Origin: Thermodesulfobacteriota bacterium
GTDB taxonomy: Bacteria; Desulfobacterota; GWC2-55-46
NCBI GenBank assembly: GCA_030583865.1
Contig: CP129479.1
Coordinates: 2,637,053 to 2,701,052 of the forward strand
Direction: 5' to 3'
Length of the DNA: 64,000 nt
A program made the translations under genes and the position numbers. This document shows, in pieces, positions 39,271 to 49,072 of the stretch. Below the pieces are notes generated by a model, which was not told the DNA's origin, made no database searches, and saw only the letters and a list, made by a program, of their open reading frames with translations. Numbering within the stretch: position 1 is the first letter of the stretch; the number at the start of each line of letters is the position of its first letter.

Positions 39271-40257
39271 CTACGAGAGGCCCATAGCGGACCTGACCTC
39301 CTTCATGGTCTCTGCGGCTACGGGGGCCGCCCTTTCGGCGCCCTTGTCGAGTATGCCCTTTACCCTTTCAGGGTCCGCGGCCAGGTCTTTCCGCCTCTTC
39401 TGGATGGGCTCGAGCATGGCGAGCACCCTGGGTATCACCGACCTCTTGCATTCTATGCAGCCTATGAGGGCCTTTGTGCAGCCTTCCCTCACCCAGCTTA
39501 TGGTCTTTTCGTCGGAGTAGAGGTTATGGAATGTTATGAAGAACGGGCAGAGGTCCGGGGTGCCGACGTCCGTCCTCTTTTTCCGGGCCGTGTCGGTCAT
39601 CATGGTGAGGATCTTCTTTTCCACCTCGCCGGGCTCGTCCGAAAGGAATATGGCGTTGTTGTAGGACTTGCTCATCTTCCGGCCGTCGGTCCCGAGGACC
39701 TTTGGTATGGCGGTAAGGAGCGTTTCCGGCTCGGGGAAGACGTTTCCGTAGAAGTGGTTGAAGCGCCTGGTTATCTCCCTCGAAAGCTCCACGTGCGGGG
39801 CCTGGTCTATGCCCACCGGCACCTTGTTAGCCTTGTAGACGATTATGTCCGCTGTCTGGAGGACCGGATAGCCCAGGAAACCGTAGGTATGGAGGTCCTT
39901 GTCCTTTATCTCCTGGAGCTGCTCCTTGTAGGTCGGGTTACGCTCAAGCCAGGGTAGCGGCGTTATCATGGAAAGGAGCACCAGGAGCTCGGCGTGCTCC
40001 TTTACGGACGACTGCCTGAATATGACCGCCTTGGACGGGTCTATGCCCACGGAGAGCCAGTCGAGGACCATCTCCCTCACGTTCTCCCTTATGCCGAAGG
40101 GGTTCGCGTAGTCGGTCGTGAGCGCGTGCCAGTCCGCCACGAAGAAGAAGCACTCGTACTCCTCCTGGAGCCGGAGCCAGTTGGCCAGCACCCCGTGGTA
40201 ATGGCCGAAATGAAGCTTTCCCGTAGGCCTCATCCCGCTCAGCACCCGATGCGCCAT
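39271..40257 (-). CDS. trpS: Tryptophan--tRNA ligase
   Basis: SGMRPTGKLHFGHY (HIGH) and KMSKS motifs. The start is set at the internal ATG 40257; the 44-aa ORF-track extension was rejected. Confidence 0.9.
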   Translation of the reverse strand: MAHRVLSGMRPTGKLHFGHYHGVLANWLRLQEEYECFFFVADWHALTTDYANPFGIRENVREMVLDWLSVGIDPSKAVIFRQSSVKEHAELLVLLSMITPLPWLERNPTYKEQLQEIKDKDLHTYGFLGYPVLQTADIIVYKANKVPVGIDQAPHVELSREITRRFNHFYGNVFPEPETLLTAIPKVLGTDGRKMSKSYNNAIFLSDEPGEVEKKILTMMTDTARKKRTDVGTPDLCPFFITFHNLYSDEKTISWVREGCTKALIGCIECKRSVIPRVLAMLEPIQKRRKDLAADPERVKGILDKGAERAAPVAAETMKEVRSAMGLS

Positions 40258-40258
40258 C

Positions 40259-40900
40259 TTAGTATATACCTCCCATGAGTAAGCCCACCATGACGAAGAT
40301 GACAGGCGAGATGAACTTGTGGAGCGCCCCCGTGACAATAAGGAGGAGAAGCACGAAAAACCCGTACTGCTCGAATTTGGCCCAGGCAAAGGCCTGGCTC
40401 GGAGGGAGGAGGTTCCCGAGGACCTTGCTCCCGTCGAGCGGCGGAACGGGTATCATGTTGAAGACGGCCAGGGCCACGTTTATGCGGATGCTGAGCTCGA
40501 CCATCGTGAAGAGCGGCCACATGACATTGGGCATGGACCCCAGAAGGGAAGGCCCGGCGATTATGAGCGCCTTGTAGGCCAGGGCCGAGAGTGCCGCAAG
40601 GAAAAGGTTGGATAAGGGCCCCGCGACTGAAACCATTATTATATCGCGCGAGATATTGCTGAAATTCCGAGGATTTATGGGGACCGGCTTGGCCCAGCCG
40701 AAAAGACCGGAGAAAAACAGCATGATGGTGCCGATTGGGTCCAGGTGCTTTATAGGGTTGAAAGTGACCCTGCCTAGCATCTTGGCGGTCGGGTCGCCCA
40801 GGCGGTTCGCAACCCATGCGTGGGCGCACTCGTGCACAGTAAGCGCCAGCAAGATCGGCGGCACCAGGAGAAGCGTCCTTTGCAAAAATTCCTGAACCAT
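40259..40900 (-). CDS. Site-2 protease family (M50) membrane metalloprotease
   Basis: HECAHAW HExxH motif in a TM helix, a multi-pass hydrophobic profile and a downstream LDGS motif. Confidence 0.75.
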   Translation of the reverse strand: MVQEFLQRTLLLVPPILLALTVHECAHAWVANRLGDPTAKMLGRVTFNPIKHLDPIGTIMLFFSGLFGWAKPVPINPRNFSNISRDIIMVSVAGPLSNLFLAALSALAYKALIIAGPSLLGSMPNVMWPLFTMVELSIRINVALAVFNMIPVPPLDGSKVLGNLLPPSQAFAWAKFEQYGFFVLLLLIVTGALHKFISPVIFVMVGLLMGGIY

Positions 40901-41040
40901 GAGAAACCCTTAAACAAGAAACACTTGGGGGATTTTGCCAGTAATCTAAAATTTTAACAGATGAATGAGAGACGGGTCAATGCAAATATTGGAACGAAAA
41001 AGACCGAATTAGATGAAACCTGGCCTGGACGAGTGGCCCG

Positions 41041-43671
41041 CTAAGCGCGCTTCTTGGCGCGGGCGTGTCCTTTTTCTATGGCGGATTTGACGAATTGCTC
41101 CTCGTCCTCCCTCGTGGACGTCTCGCCGTCGATGCGCTTCTTAAGGAGGGTCCTCAAAATCTCGCCCATGAGGGGCCCCTCGGCCACCCCGAGCCTCTTC
41201 AAATCTCCGCCCCTTAGCTCCGGCCTTATGTGCCTGAGCGTCGTTATGTAGGTTGAGAGGGCTTTGCGGGCCGGGTCTTTTCCAGCCTTTGCCATGAGGT
41301 ATAGGACGAGCTCCAGCGGAAGCTTTGAGAGGAGCTCGAATACATCGCTCGCCTTTTTCGCGGCCCCCGCCTGTATCTTCCCGAGGGCCTTGCGGGCCTC
41401 TTCCCTTCTGCCGAGGACATCGAGCCTCTTTTTCCCGGATATGCCGAGCCTCGCCATAAGGGCCGAGAGCTCCCCTTCCTTGAGCCTGTCAGTAAGGGCG
41501 AGAAAGAGGACCAGCCAGGCCTCGACCCTTTCCTTCTCGTAAAGGAGCTCGTACCAGGCAAGGGCCTCCTTTCCGCGCCTGAAGAGCCGCTCGGATTCCC
41601 TGTCCCAGACGATGGAAGGATGGATGAGCTTAAGGAGACCCAGGTCCGAAAGCCTCTTAAGCGCCTTACCGGAGGTTTCCTCCTCGAGTATGCTCTTAAG
41701 CTCCTCTGCTATCCTCGGGCCGGAGACGGTCATGAAGCCGTCGAGCCTTACCGAGTTCTTTATGAGGTTCAGCGTGTGTTTTCCGATCGTGAAATCGAAC
41801 TTCTCGGCGAACCTCACGGCGCGGAGCATCCTGGTCGAGTCCTCCACAAAGCTTAAGTTGTGGAGCACCCTGATGGTCCTCTCCTTAAGGTCCTTCTGCG
41901 CCCCGAAAAAATCTATGAGCTCGCCGAACCTGCCTGGATTGAGGGCCACTGAAAGGGTGTTCATTATGAAGTCCCTCCTGTAAAGGTCGAGCTTCAGGGA
42001 AGACTGCTCGACGGTCGGAAGCGCTCCGGGCCTCTCGTAATACTCAAGCCTCGCGGTAGCGACGTCGAGCTTGTAGCCGTCCGGGAAGACCAGCACCGCG
42101 GTCTTGAACCTGTGGTGCGCCCTCACAGATGCGCCGCGCCTCCGGGCCAGGTCTTCCGCGAATACTATGCCGTTCCCGCCCTCTACGACTATGTCTATGT
42201 CCAGGTTCTCCCTCCTCATTATGAGGTCGCGGACGAACCCCCCGACGACATAGGCCTTGAAGCCCCTCGCCTCCGCTACCTCGCCGGCCTCCTTCAATAA
42301 ATCCAGCGCCCAGGCCGGGAGCCGCTCCTTCATAAGGCCGGAGACGACGCGCACCTTCTTCGTCTCGTCGCGGGCCCCGGCGCGAAGCTCCTCCTGCAGG
42401 AGCTTAAGGAGGTCTGTCCGGGTGATTACGCCCACCACTTTTCTGTCCTTCAACACCGGCAGAAGCCTTTGCCCGTGGCCCACGACCTTCTCCCTGATGC
42501 TCTCTATCGATGCGTCGTGGCCGACCCAATCGACCTCGGTCGTCATGTAGTCCTTTACCGGCGCGGCCCCGAGGCCGTGATAAACGGCCTTGTCCACGAC
42601 CTGCCTGGTTATGACCCCCTGCACGGCCCCGTTCCTCACCACGGGCGCGGCGTTTATGCCGTATCTCCGCATGACCTCGATCGCGTCTTTAAGCGCGGAC
42701 CTCGGTGAGAGGGTTATGGGCGGGAATGACATGATGTCGCCGGCGGTCCTCGCGGGCACGATATTTGCCCGGATGGCTTCAAGGAGCATCTCCCTGGCCT
42801 GCACGAGTGTCGCCCCCTTCAAGGTGGCTGAGGCCGCGTTCGGGTGGCCGCCGCCGCCAAGAGTCTTCAAAATCCTGCCCGCGTCGGCGCGCGCATTTCT
42901 CGACCGGGCTATCACGTGGACCCTGTCTTCCGAATCGACGAGGAGGAAAAGGCATTCCATGTTCTCTATGTCACGGATCCTGTGCGCGAGCACCGCGATG
43001 TCGCCCTTGTACTTTTCGAGATAGGCCTCTGCCACTACGACCTCCACCCCGCTGAAGGAATACCTGGCCTGGGACTGCAGAAGCTCGTTAAGGAGCGACA
43101 CCTCCTCGGGGGTAAGCTCTTGCCGGAGGAGGTCCGAGACGGTCTTGAGGTCGGCCCCTGACGAGAGGAGGAAGGAGGCGGCCTCGTAATCCTCTTTAGT
43201 GGTGGATGGATAGGAAAGGAACCCCGTGTCCTCGTATATTCCGGTCATCATTATGGTGGCCTCCTCGGGGGTAGGCGTCAAGCCCCGCTCCCTGAGGACG
43301 AGCGTTAGGAGGGTGGTGTTCGACCCGAAGGGCCTCCTTACCTCGAAGCTCCCCTTGAGGTCACCCGGAGAGGCCGGGTGGTGGTCGTATATGTGCACGT
43401 CCGTTCCAGGCCTTTCCGCAGCCTGGGCAAACGGCCCTATCCTCGACGGGGAGCTCACATCCACGAGTATAAGGCGGCGGATCCCGCCTATGTCGATGTC
43501 CTTTATGCGGCTTACCTCCGCTGTGAGCGGGAGCGTATTTAGAGCGCCCCGTAGAGGCTTCTCGACCGAGCCGGGGAAAACGAGGAGCGCGTCCGGGTAT
43601 AGCCTCTTTGCCGCGACCATCGAGGCGAAGGCGTCGAAGTCGGCGTTTACGTGGGACGTTATGACTTCCAT
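41041..43671 (-). CDS. Multidomain DHH/DHHA1 phosphoesterase - CBS pair - poly(A) polymerase/CCA-adding nucleotidyltransferase
   Basis: N-terminal DHH motifs (HVNADFDAFAS, DHH at IYDHHP), GGGHPNAA DHHA1, two CBS motifs, then the GGFVRD...DIDIVV nucleotidyltransferase head and an RNA-binding region. Confidence 0.8.
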   Translation of the reverse strand: MEVITSHVNADFDAFASMVAAKRLYPDALLVFPGSVEKPLRGALNTLPLTAEVSRIKDIDIGGIRRLILVDVSSPSRIGPFAQAAERPGTDVHIYDHHPASPGDLKGSFEVRRPFGSNTTLLTLVLRERGLTPTPEEATIMMTGIYEDTGFLSYPSTTKEDYEAASFLLSSGADLKTVSDLLRQELTPEEVSLLNELLQSQARYSFSGVEVVVAEAYLEKYKGDIAVLAHRIRDIENMECLFLLVDSEDRVHVIARSRNARADAGRILKTLGGGGHPNAASATLKGATLVQAREMLLEAIRANIVPARTAGDIMSFPPITLSPRSALKDAIEVMRRYGINAAPVVRNGAVQGVITRQVVDKAVYHGLGAAPVKDYMTTEVDWVGHDASIESIREKVVGHGQRLLPVLKDRKVVGVITRTDLLKLLQEELRAGARDETKKVRVVSGLMKERLPAWALDLLKEAGEVAEARGFKAYVVGGFVRDLIMRRENLDIDIVVEGGNGIVFAEDLARRRGASVRAHHRFKTAVLVFPDGYKLDVATARLEYYERPGALPTVEQSSLKLDLYRRDFIMNTLSVALNPGRFGELIDFFGAQKDLKERTIRVLHNLSFVEDSTRMLRAVRFAEKFDFTIGKHTLNLIKNSVRLDGFMTVSGPRIAEELKSILEEETSGKALKRLSDLGLLKLIHPSIVWDRESERLFRRGKEALAWYELLYEKERVEAWLVLFLALTDRLKEGELSALMARLGISGKKRLDVLGRREEARKALGKIQAGAAKKASDVFELLSKLPLELVLYLMAKAGKDPARKALSTYITTLRHIRPELRGGDLKRLGVAEGPLMGEILRTLLKKRIDGETSTREDEEQFVKSAIEKGHARAKKRA

Positions 43672-43706
43672 AAGGGCGATATTAGCATATTTGCAGGGCG
43701 CGGGCC

Positions 43707-43740
43707 AAAAAAAGAGGGCAGGCCCCGTGGCCTGCCCTCT
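43707..43740 (-). terminator. Rho-independent terminator of the cytochrome cluster
   Basis: AGAGGGCAGGCCCCGTGGCCTGCCCTCT hairpin followed by seven U on the minus-strand transcript, 20 nt after the last cytochrome gene. Confidence 0.8.
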
Positions 43741-43760
43741 CGATGCGATCCGGACTTATA

Positions 43761-44621
43761 TTATTTCTTCTCCGTCCCCGCGTCCGCCTTTTCGCCTGCC
43801 TTCTCGCCCTCCTTACCGTCCTTTCCGGCGTCCGTCTCCTCTATGACCGGAGCCGGCTGGGAATGGCACCTGAAGCAGTCGTCTATGGGGAAGGCCACCT
43901 TGGTATGGCATACGCCGCAGTACTGCCCTGAGATTATCTTCATCATGTTCATCTCCGGGTTCCCGCCCTGCTGCTGCTTGAATATGGACTCGTGGCACGA
44001 GGTGCAGTCCAGGACCTTTGTATGCGCCTTATGCGGGTACTTGACGTCCGGCGGGCTCGGCTTGAACTTGGTCGTCGGGATTATTATGTCCATGTCGAAC
44101 TCGAAGAGCTCGTCGGTTCCGTCCGGGTTTGCCGCGGCTTTTGAGGCGCCGGTCTCCAGCGCCTTTACCCAGTCTACCTTGTTCCCGAAGTAGTCCTTGG
44201 GGTGGTCCTTCAGCCTCTCGGCCATGTTCCGATCTTGCAGAAGGCCCTGTGAATGGCACCTGTCGCATTCAAACGGCGCGAAGGCTATGTTGCCGTTATG
44301 GCAGGTCCCGCACTGCTTGCCCTCGAATATCTCGGCCATGGTTATCTCGGCCGTGCCGGCCTTGAAGCTGAAACCGAGGTCCGTATGGCAGACCTTGCAC
44401 GAGAATTTGTCCCGGTGCACCCAGTGCGGGAACACAACTGGCCGCATGTCGTTCTTGCTCGCGTTCTTGTCAAGGACCACGTTCCCGTACGTCTCAGGGT
44501 TCTTGGGCTTCCTCAGGTCGGTCTCCCATGTCACGCCGGCCTGGGCCCATTGATAGACGAAAAACCCCCCGGCGGCCAGGGCCGCCGCGGTCAAAAATCC
44601 CACTAACCTGATGCTACGCAC
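43761..44621 (-). CDS. Hexahaem c-type cytochrome (two c7/c3-like triheme domains)
   Basis: Signal/TM anchor, six CxxCH motifs (CKVCH, CGTCH, CDRCH, CTSCH, CGVCH, CFRCH) and a K/E-rich C-terminal tail. Confidence 0.8.
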   Translation of the reverse strand: MRSIRLVGFLTAAALAAGGFFVYQWAQAGVTWETDLRKPKNPETYGNVVLDKNASKNDMRPVVFPHWVHRDKFSCKVCHTDLGFSFKAGTAEITMAEIFEGKQCGTCHNGNIAFAPFECDRCHSQGLLQDRNMAERLKDHPKDYFGNKVDWVKALETGASKAAANPDGTDELFEFDMDIIIPTTKFKPSPPDVKYPHKAHTKVLDCTSCHESIFKQQQGGNPEMNMMKIISGQYCGVCHTKVAFPIDDCFRCHSQPAPVIEETDAGKDGKEGEKAGEKADAGTEKK

Positions 44622-44649
44622 TTTGGACCTCCTTTGCTCCCTTACAATA

Positions 44650-45072
44650 TCAATGACCTGTATGGCATAAGGCGCATAATTTCATGTACTCTACTCTTAA
44701 AGAGCCGGGGTGGATCGCTTTCCCGTGAGGCTCGTGGCAGGTATGGCAGACCATCTCGCCGTCGTCCGTCAGGGGAAGCCTTGCCGGAACGTGTATATTC
44801 ACTATTAGCCCCATGGGATGGCGGGTGACCGGGTGGTTGCCTATGTTCCCGTGGTGGCACTTGACGCACGTGGTAACCGGGTCCCTGGTAAGGAGCGGCG
44901 GCTGCTCGCTGTGGCACGTCGAGCAGAGGTCTTCCCTCCTGAAATCATGCGGGTTGACGATGACGGAGCGCCCCTCGCCGCCTTCCTCGGCTGCCCTGCA
45001 TTCCCTTGCAGCCAGTCCGGCGGCCGCGGCCATAAGACCCAGCGCCGCTATGGTGGTCAATATTATTTTCAT
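44650..45072 (-). CDS. Tetrahaem c-type cytochrome
   Basis: Signal peptide; CSTCH, CVKCH, CHTCH, CALCH. Confidence 0.75.
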   Translation of the reverse strand: MKIILTTIAALGLMAAAAGLAARECRAAEEGGEGRSVIVNPHDFRREDLCSTCHSEQPPLLTRDPVTTCVKCHHGNIGNHPVTRHPMGLIVNIHVPARLPLTDDGEMVCHTCHEPHGKAIHPGSLRVEYMKLCALCHTGH

Positions 45073-45108
45073 CGATCTCGAAGAGCGCCAGGCGCCTCCG
45101 CCCTGTCC

Positions 45109-47313
45109 TCAATACGAGCAATCGCTCATATTAGTGCAGTCATAATTGACTTCGGTCCCGGGTATCGCGATTTCCTCGAAAGAATCGTTACATACCTTCT
45201 CGGTAGACGGGGTTATGGTCCTGAAGGTTATCTGCCCGTCCATGGCCCCGGTGGTCCTCGGGCTCTTGTACGATTCAACGCACGCCCCGTTCATGAGCCT
45301 GTACCCGAGCGGGTCCGAGTCCTCGAGCGTGCCCGCCGGGGCGTTGCTGCCGTGAATGCCCTTTATCTGGTCCACCGTCTCGGTCGGGTCATACCACCCG
45401 CCGTGGCACGAAAGGCACAGTATCCCGAACTTGTTCGAGTTGTTGCCGGTACCGGTCCCCTGCTTGTAGAAGGGGGAATCGGTCCCGAGCCCGTCGGGCG
45501 GGTGCGAGACCCTCGAATAATTCGCATTCGGGCCGATGTAGCCCTCGTCCCCGTAGACGTCCCTCTTGTGGCAGTTATAGCAGAAATTCCTGGTGGTGCC
45601 GAAACCAGTGGTGTTCGCCTTGAGTATCCATTTCTCGTTTGAGCCGTGCACGCCCGAGGGGTCGGAGGAGACGCTCGAGCCGTGGCAGGCGGAGCATGTA
45701 ATTGTGCTGTCGTGCGTTACGTTGTAATAGCCGGTGCGCTCCCAGGTCTCCGGGAGGTCGACATACCTGAACGTGTTCGTAAGCCCGAGGCCGTTGTCCG
45801 GCCAGTTGAGGTTTGCGCGCGGCGAGCCGGGAGGCACGTTCCTGCCCTGGGCGAAGACCGGGTGAAAGCCCATGTTGTTGATGTTGAAGTCCGCCGTGGG
45901 GTCGGACTGCTCGACCTGAGACCCGTCCGCGTTGCCCGAAGGCGCATAAGGCGGCATGCTGCCGTAGGCGTAATACGAATGGCATTTTATGCAGAGATAC
46001 CCTTCCAGGTTATTGCCGCCTGGGTTGGTGGAGGTAAAATCGACCACTTCGTAGGCCGTGACCGGCTCCCCGGCAACGGGCCAGGACGACGGCTTGACTC
46101 CCCAGCTCCCCAATATGTTCGCGCCGATAATGTTCCCGTTCACGCCGCCCATGGCCTGGTTCCCTTCCATGGCGCCGTGCGGGTTGTGGCAATCGGCGCA
46201 CTCCGCATGCCTGTTGTCCCTCAGGTTTTCAGCCGATTCCCTGGCCGGGTCGCCGGCGAACTCCCTCGAAGGGACATGCAGCCCCCATGTGGCCTTGACA
46301 TCGTGCTTGTAGGGGTATTCGAATTGCGCGGTAAGGTCCTTGGAGGCCACGTTCCCGTTGTGGCAGTTGAGGCATAGCCATTCCTCGTTCTCGATATTCG
46401 AGGTGGACGGGTTCGTGCCCTTCAAAAGCGCCTTCCCGGCCGCGCCGCCGTGCGAGCGGTGGCAGGCAAGGCAGCTCTGCATCTCGGGCGTGTCGTCGCT
46501 GTAACCGGTTTCGCCCAGGTCCTCGTGCCAGGGGTTCACCCCCTCGCCGTTCCACGTGGCCGTGGACGTGCCGTGCACCGAAGGGTTTGTCTCCCAGTAT
46601 CTCTTGTCATGGCATATCTGGCAGAGGCCGCCGTTTGAGAGGCTCCCGAGGAGGAACTTGGGGAACTCGGTTCCGTGCGGGTCGTGGCAGCTCGTGCACT
46701 GCATCATCCCCGCGCCGTCGAGCTTGACTCTCTGCTGGGACTCGCTCAGCGGGTCTCTTATCTCCTCGTTCGACGGATATGAGCGGGAGTACTCGAAGGA
46801 TATGGGGTGGTCATCCATCAGGTCCGTGCCTATATGGGACGTCGATATGGAACTCAGCTTCCCTTCCTCTATGCCGGCGCCGGTCACGCTCAGCTCCCCC
46901 CCGAGCCCCTTTCCCGGAAGGTTGAGGAGCGAGCCTATTGCTATGGTGCCGTCATGGCATGCCAGGCAGAGCTTCGATGAGCCGGTCGGCTGCCCGAGCG
47001 TAGGGGAGTTGGGGTCCAGCGTGGCGGCAAGGGTCTGGCTCATGTAGACGTCGTAGGTGGCCCCGGGGTCCTGCTTGTTCCACGCCGGCCCGGAAGGGTT
47101 TGCGTTATGAGGCGTGTGGCAGAAGACGCAGACCTCGGTCGTCTCGCCGGACTTTATCTCCCCCGGGGAAAGCGAGCCGAAGTTGTGCTTCGTGCCTGTG
47201 ACCGACGCAAGCGAATATCCGGCGGCAGCGGCCAGCAGCCCGGTTACCAACGCCGCGGCTATCACGTTACGTCCCTTTTTCCCGGCCTTTCCCTTCATCG
47301 GATTTAACGACAT
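45109..47313 (-). CDS. Large secreted multihaem c-type cytochrome (11 CxxCH)
   Basis: 734 aa with a signal peptide and eleven CxxCH motifs. Several have a distal His (CHTPH, CHDPH, CHNPH), typical of paired-CxxCH multihaem domains. Confidence 0.8.
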   Translation of the reverse strand: MSLNPMKGKAGKKGRNVIAAALVTGLLAAAAGYSLASVTGTKHNFGSLSPGEIKSGETTEVCVFCHTPHNANPSGPAWNKQDPGATYDVYMSQTLAATLDPNSPTLGQPTGSSKLCLACHDGTIAIGSLLNLPGKGLGGELSVTGAGIEEGKLSSISTSHIGTDLMDDHPISFEYSRSYPSNEEIRDPLSESQQRVKLDGAGMMQCTSCHDPHGTEFPKFLLGSLSNGGLCQICHDKRYWETNPSVHGTSTATWNGEGVNPWHEDLGETGYSDDTPEMQSCLACHRSHGGAAGKALLKGTNPSTSNIENEEWLCLNCHNGNVASKDLTAQFEYPYKHDVKATWGLHVPSREFAGDPARESAENLRDNRHAECADCHNPHGAMEGNQAMGGVNGNIIGANILGSWGVKPSSWPVAGEPVTAYEVVDFTSTNPGGNNLEGYLCIKCHSYYAYGSMPPYAPSGNADGSQVEQSDPTADFNINNMGFHPVFAQGRNVPPGSPRANLNWPDNGLGLTNTFRYVDLPETWERTGYYNVTHDSTITCSACHGSSVSSDPSGVHGSNEKWILKANTTGFGTTRNFCYNCHKRDVYGDEGYIGPNANYSRVSHPPDGLGTDSPFYKQGTGTGNNSNKFGILCLSCHGGWYDPTETVDQIKGIHGSNAPAGTLEDSDPLGYRLMNGACVESYKSPRTTGAMDGQITFRTITPSTEKVCNDSFEEIAIPGTEVNYDCTNMSDCSY

Positions 47314-47341
47314 TTCCTTCCTGCGGTCGAGCCCGCTGGGT

Positions 47342-48415
47342 TCAGCCTTCCCCGAGGTAGTCGAAGACCTGCACCCTGCTATTATACGAATCCGAGACGT
47401 AGATCCTGTTGCCGTTGTCTATGAATATGCCGCTCGGAAGCCAGAAGGTCCCGGCTGATTTGCCGAGGGTGCCGAAATTCAGGAGGAACCTTCCTTGCCT
47501 GTTGAATATCTGTATGGTATCAAAGAGGGCGTCGGCCACGTAAATGTTCCCGTCCTTGTCGAGGGCGATGCCCTTGGGCCTGCCGAAATCGCCTGTTCCG
47601 TCTCCCTGCCTGCCGAAGGAGCTCAAAAACTTCCCGTTGCCGTCGAATATCTGGACCCTGAAGTTCAACGAATCAACGACGTACACGTCGCCGCCCCGGT
47701 CCAGGGCCAAATCAACGGGGTAGTTGAACTCCCCTGTTTCTTTCCCTCTCCTTCCGAAGGAGCCGACCTCCGCGCCCTTCAGGTCAAAAATACGGATGCT
47801 ATGAGACGCGGTGTCGGATATGTATACCCTTGATTCAGTCTTGCTTATCGCGATGCCCGTGGGCCTTTCGCCCGCGGCGAACGAGAAGAGGAACTTGCCC
47901 TTGGGATTGAAGACAAAGGCCTTGCGGGCCACTGAATCGGTGACATAGATATTGTTCTGGCCGTCGGTGGCCGCCGCTATCGGGGATTCGAACCGCTCTT
48001 CCCCGGGCTCTTCTATGAGTGTGTAGTTCTTCCTGGCCAGGTCGAAGACATGCACCTTCTTGAAGGCCGTGTCCGCCACTATGAGCCTTCCGGCGGAATC
48101 GACGGTTACGCCGTACGGCTTTATGAGCCGGTCCCTTTTTTCACCGAGTATGAAATCGGCAATACGCCTGAAAAACCCCGTGTTCGCGCCGATGTCCTCG
48201 GGCCTGCTGATAGTCCGTAAATAACTTACCCTTGCCGGTTCGGGAGGAGACGGCCAGATAAGGGGCGTCTGCGGCGTAAGCATGCCGCTTTTCTGCTCCG
48301 GACCGAAAGCGCAGCCCGCGAGCGTAAGCGCGGCGAACGCCAACGCCGCGGCTAGCCTGAGGGCGCCTGATGACCGGGCCCTTTCGGCCCTTCTGTCTTT
48401 CGGGGCTGCATGCAT
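47342..48415 (-). CDS. NHL-repeat beta-propeller lipoprotein
   Basis: LTLAGC lipobox and six repeats of the form ...NIYVTDS / ..YVADT.. / FNxPxGIA..., typical of NHL propellers. Confidence 0.75.
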   Translation of the reverse strand: MHAAPKDRRAERARSSGALRLAAALAFAALTLAGCAFGPEQKSGMLTPQTPLIWPSPPEPARVSYLRTISRPEDIGANTGFFRRIADFILGEKRDRLIKPYGVTVDSAGRLIVADTAFKKVHVFDLARKNYTLIEEPGEERFESPIAAATDGQNNIYVTDSVARKAFVFNPKGKFLFSFAAGERPTGIAISKTESRVYISDTASHSIRIFDLKGAEVGSFGRRGKETGEFNYPVDLALDRGGDVYVVDSLNFRVQIFDGNGKFLSSFGRQGDGTGDFGRPKGIALDKDGNIYVADALFDTIQIFNRQGRFLLNFGTLGKSAGTFWLPSGIFIDNGNRIYVSDSYNSRVQVFDYLGEG

Positions 48416-48427
48416 CAGGAAATGACC

Positions 48428-49024
48428 CTACTTCCTGTGACAGTACTGGCAGATATCAAGCCCGGCGGACCTGAACCGCCGGGTAGTGTCGGCGCCCCAG
48501 TCGGCCCTGCCCGGAAGAAGCCCTCTCTCGTGCGGGTTGTGGCAGGTTGAGCATATTATCTGGCCTGTTTTCGGGTCGAGCGGCAGGATAGTGGGTATGT
48601 CCTTCAAGGTCATCCTGATGTTGTCGTGAATGGTCTTGGGGGGCACCCTCAAATGGTTCGGCGCTTTCTTCAAAACGCTAAGCATGGCCGTCGGCTGGAC
48701 CGTGGGGTGGACAGGGACCGTATGGCAGCTCCTGCAGAGCTGGACCGGGTCCTCGAAATAGAGCTTCACGTCCTTTATGGTCAGGTTCTTGTCGATTGCC
48801 GGGACTTCCTTATGGCATACAACGCACGTGCCCCAGAGCACCTCTCCGGTCTCGCCTATCTGGTTATGCGGGTTGATTACCGTCAAGAGCGCCTCGGCCC
48901 TCGGGTAGGGGGGCGGCTCGGGCGGGGCAGGAACGGCCGGGGCCTCTGCCGACCAGGCTTCGCCGGAGAAAAACAGGGCGCCTGCTAAAAAGATGACCTT
49001 GAGGATGCCGGATTTCCTTGACAT
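48428..49024 (-). CDS. Tetrahaem c-type cytochrome
   Basis: Signal peptide; CVVCH, CRSCH, CSTCH, CQYCH. Confidence 0.75.
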   Translation of the reverse strand: MSRKSGILKVIFLAGALFFSGEAWSAEAPAVPAPPEPPPYPRAEALLTVINPHNQIGETGEVLWGTCVVCHKEVPAIDKNLTIKDVKLYFEDPVQLCRSCHTVPVHPTVQPTAMLSVLKKAPNHLRVPPKTIHDNIRMTLKDIPTILPLDPKTGQIICSTCHNPHERGLLPGRADWGADTTRRFRSAGLDICQYCHRK

Positions 49025-49072
49025 GTTGGGCTACCTTCTTTGGATGCCGGCCCTGAGGCCGTTTCGTTTAGC

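Noticed and set aside
45146-47047. Plus-strand ORFs 45646..46377, 46556..47047 and others
   Set aside because: They are antisense to the 11-haem cytochrome gene, whose minus-strand frame carries eleven CxxCH motifs.
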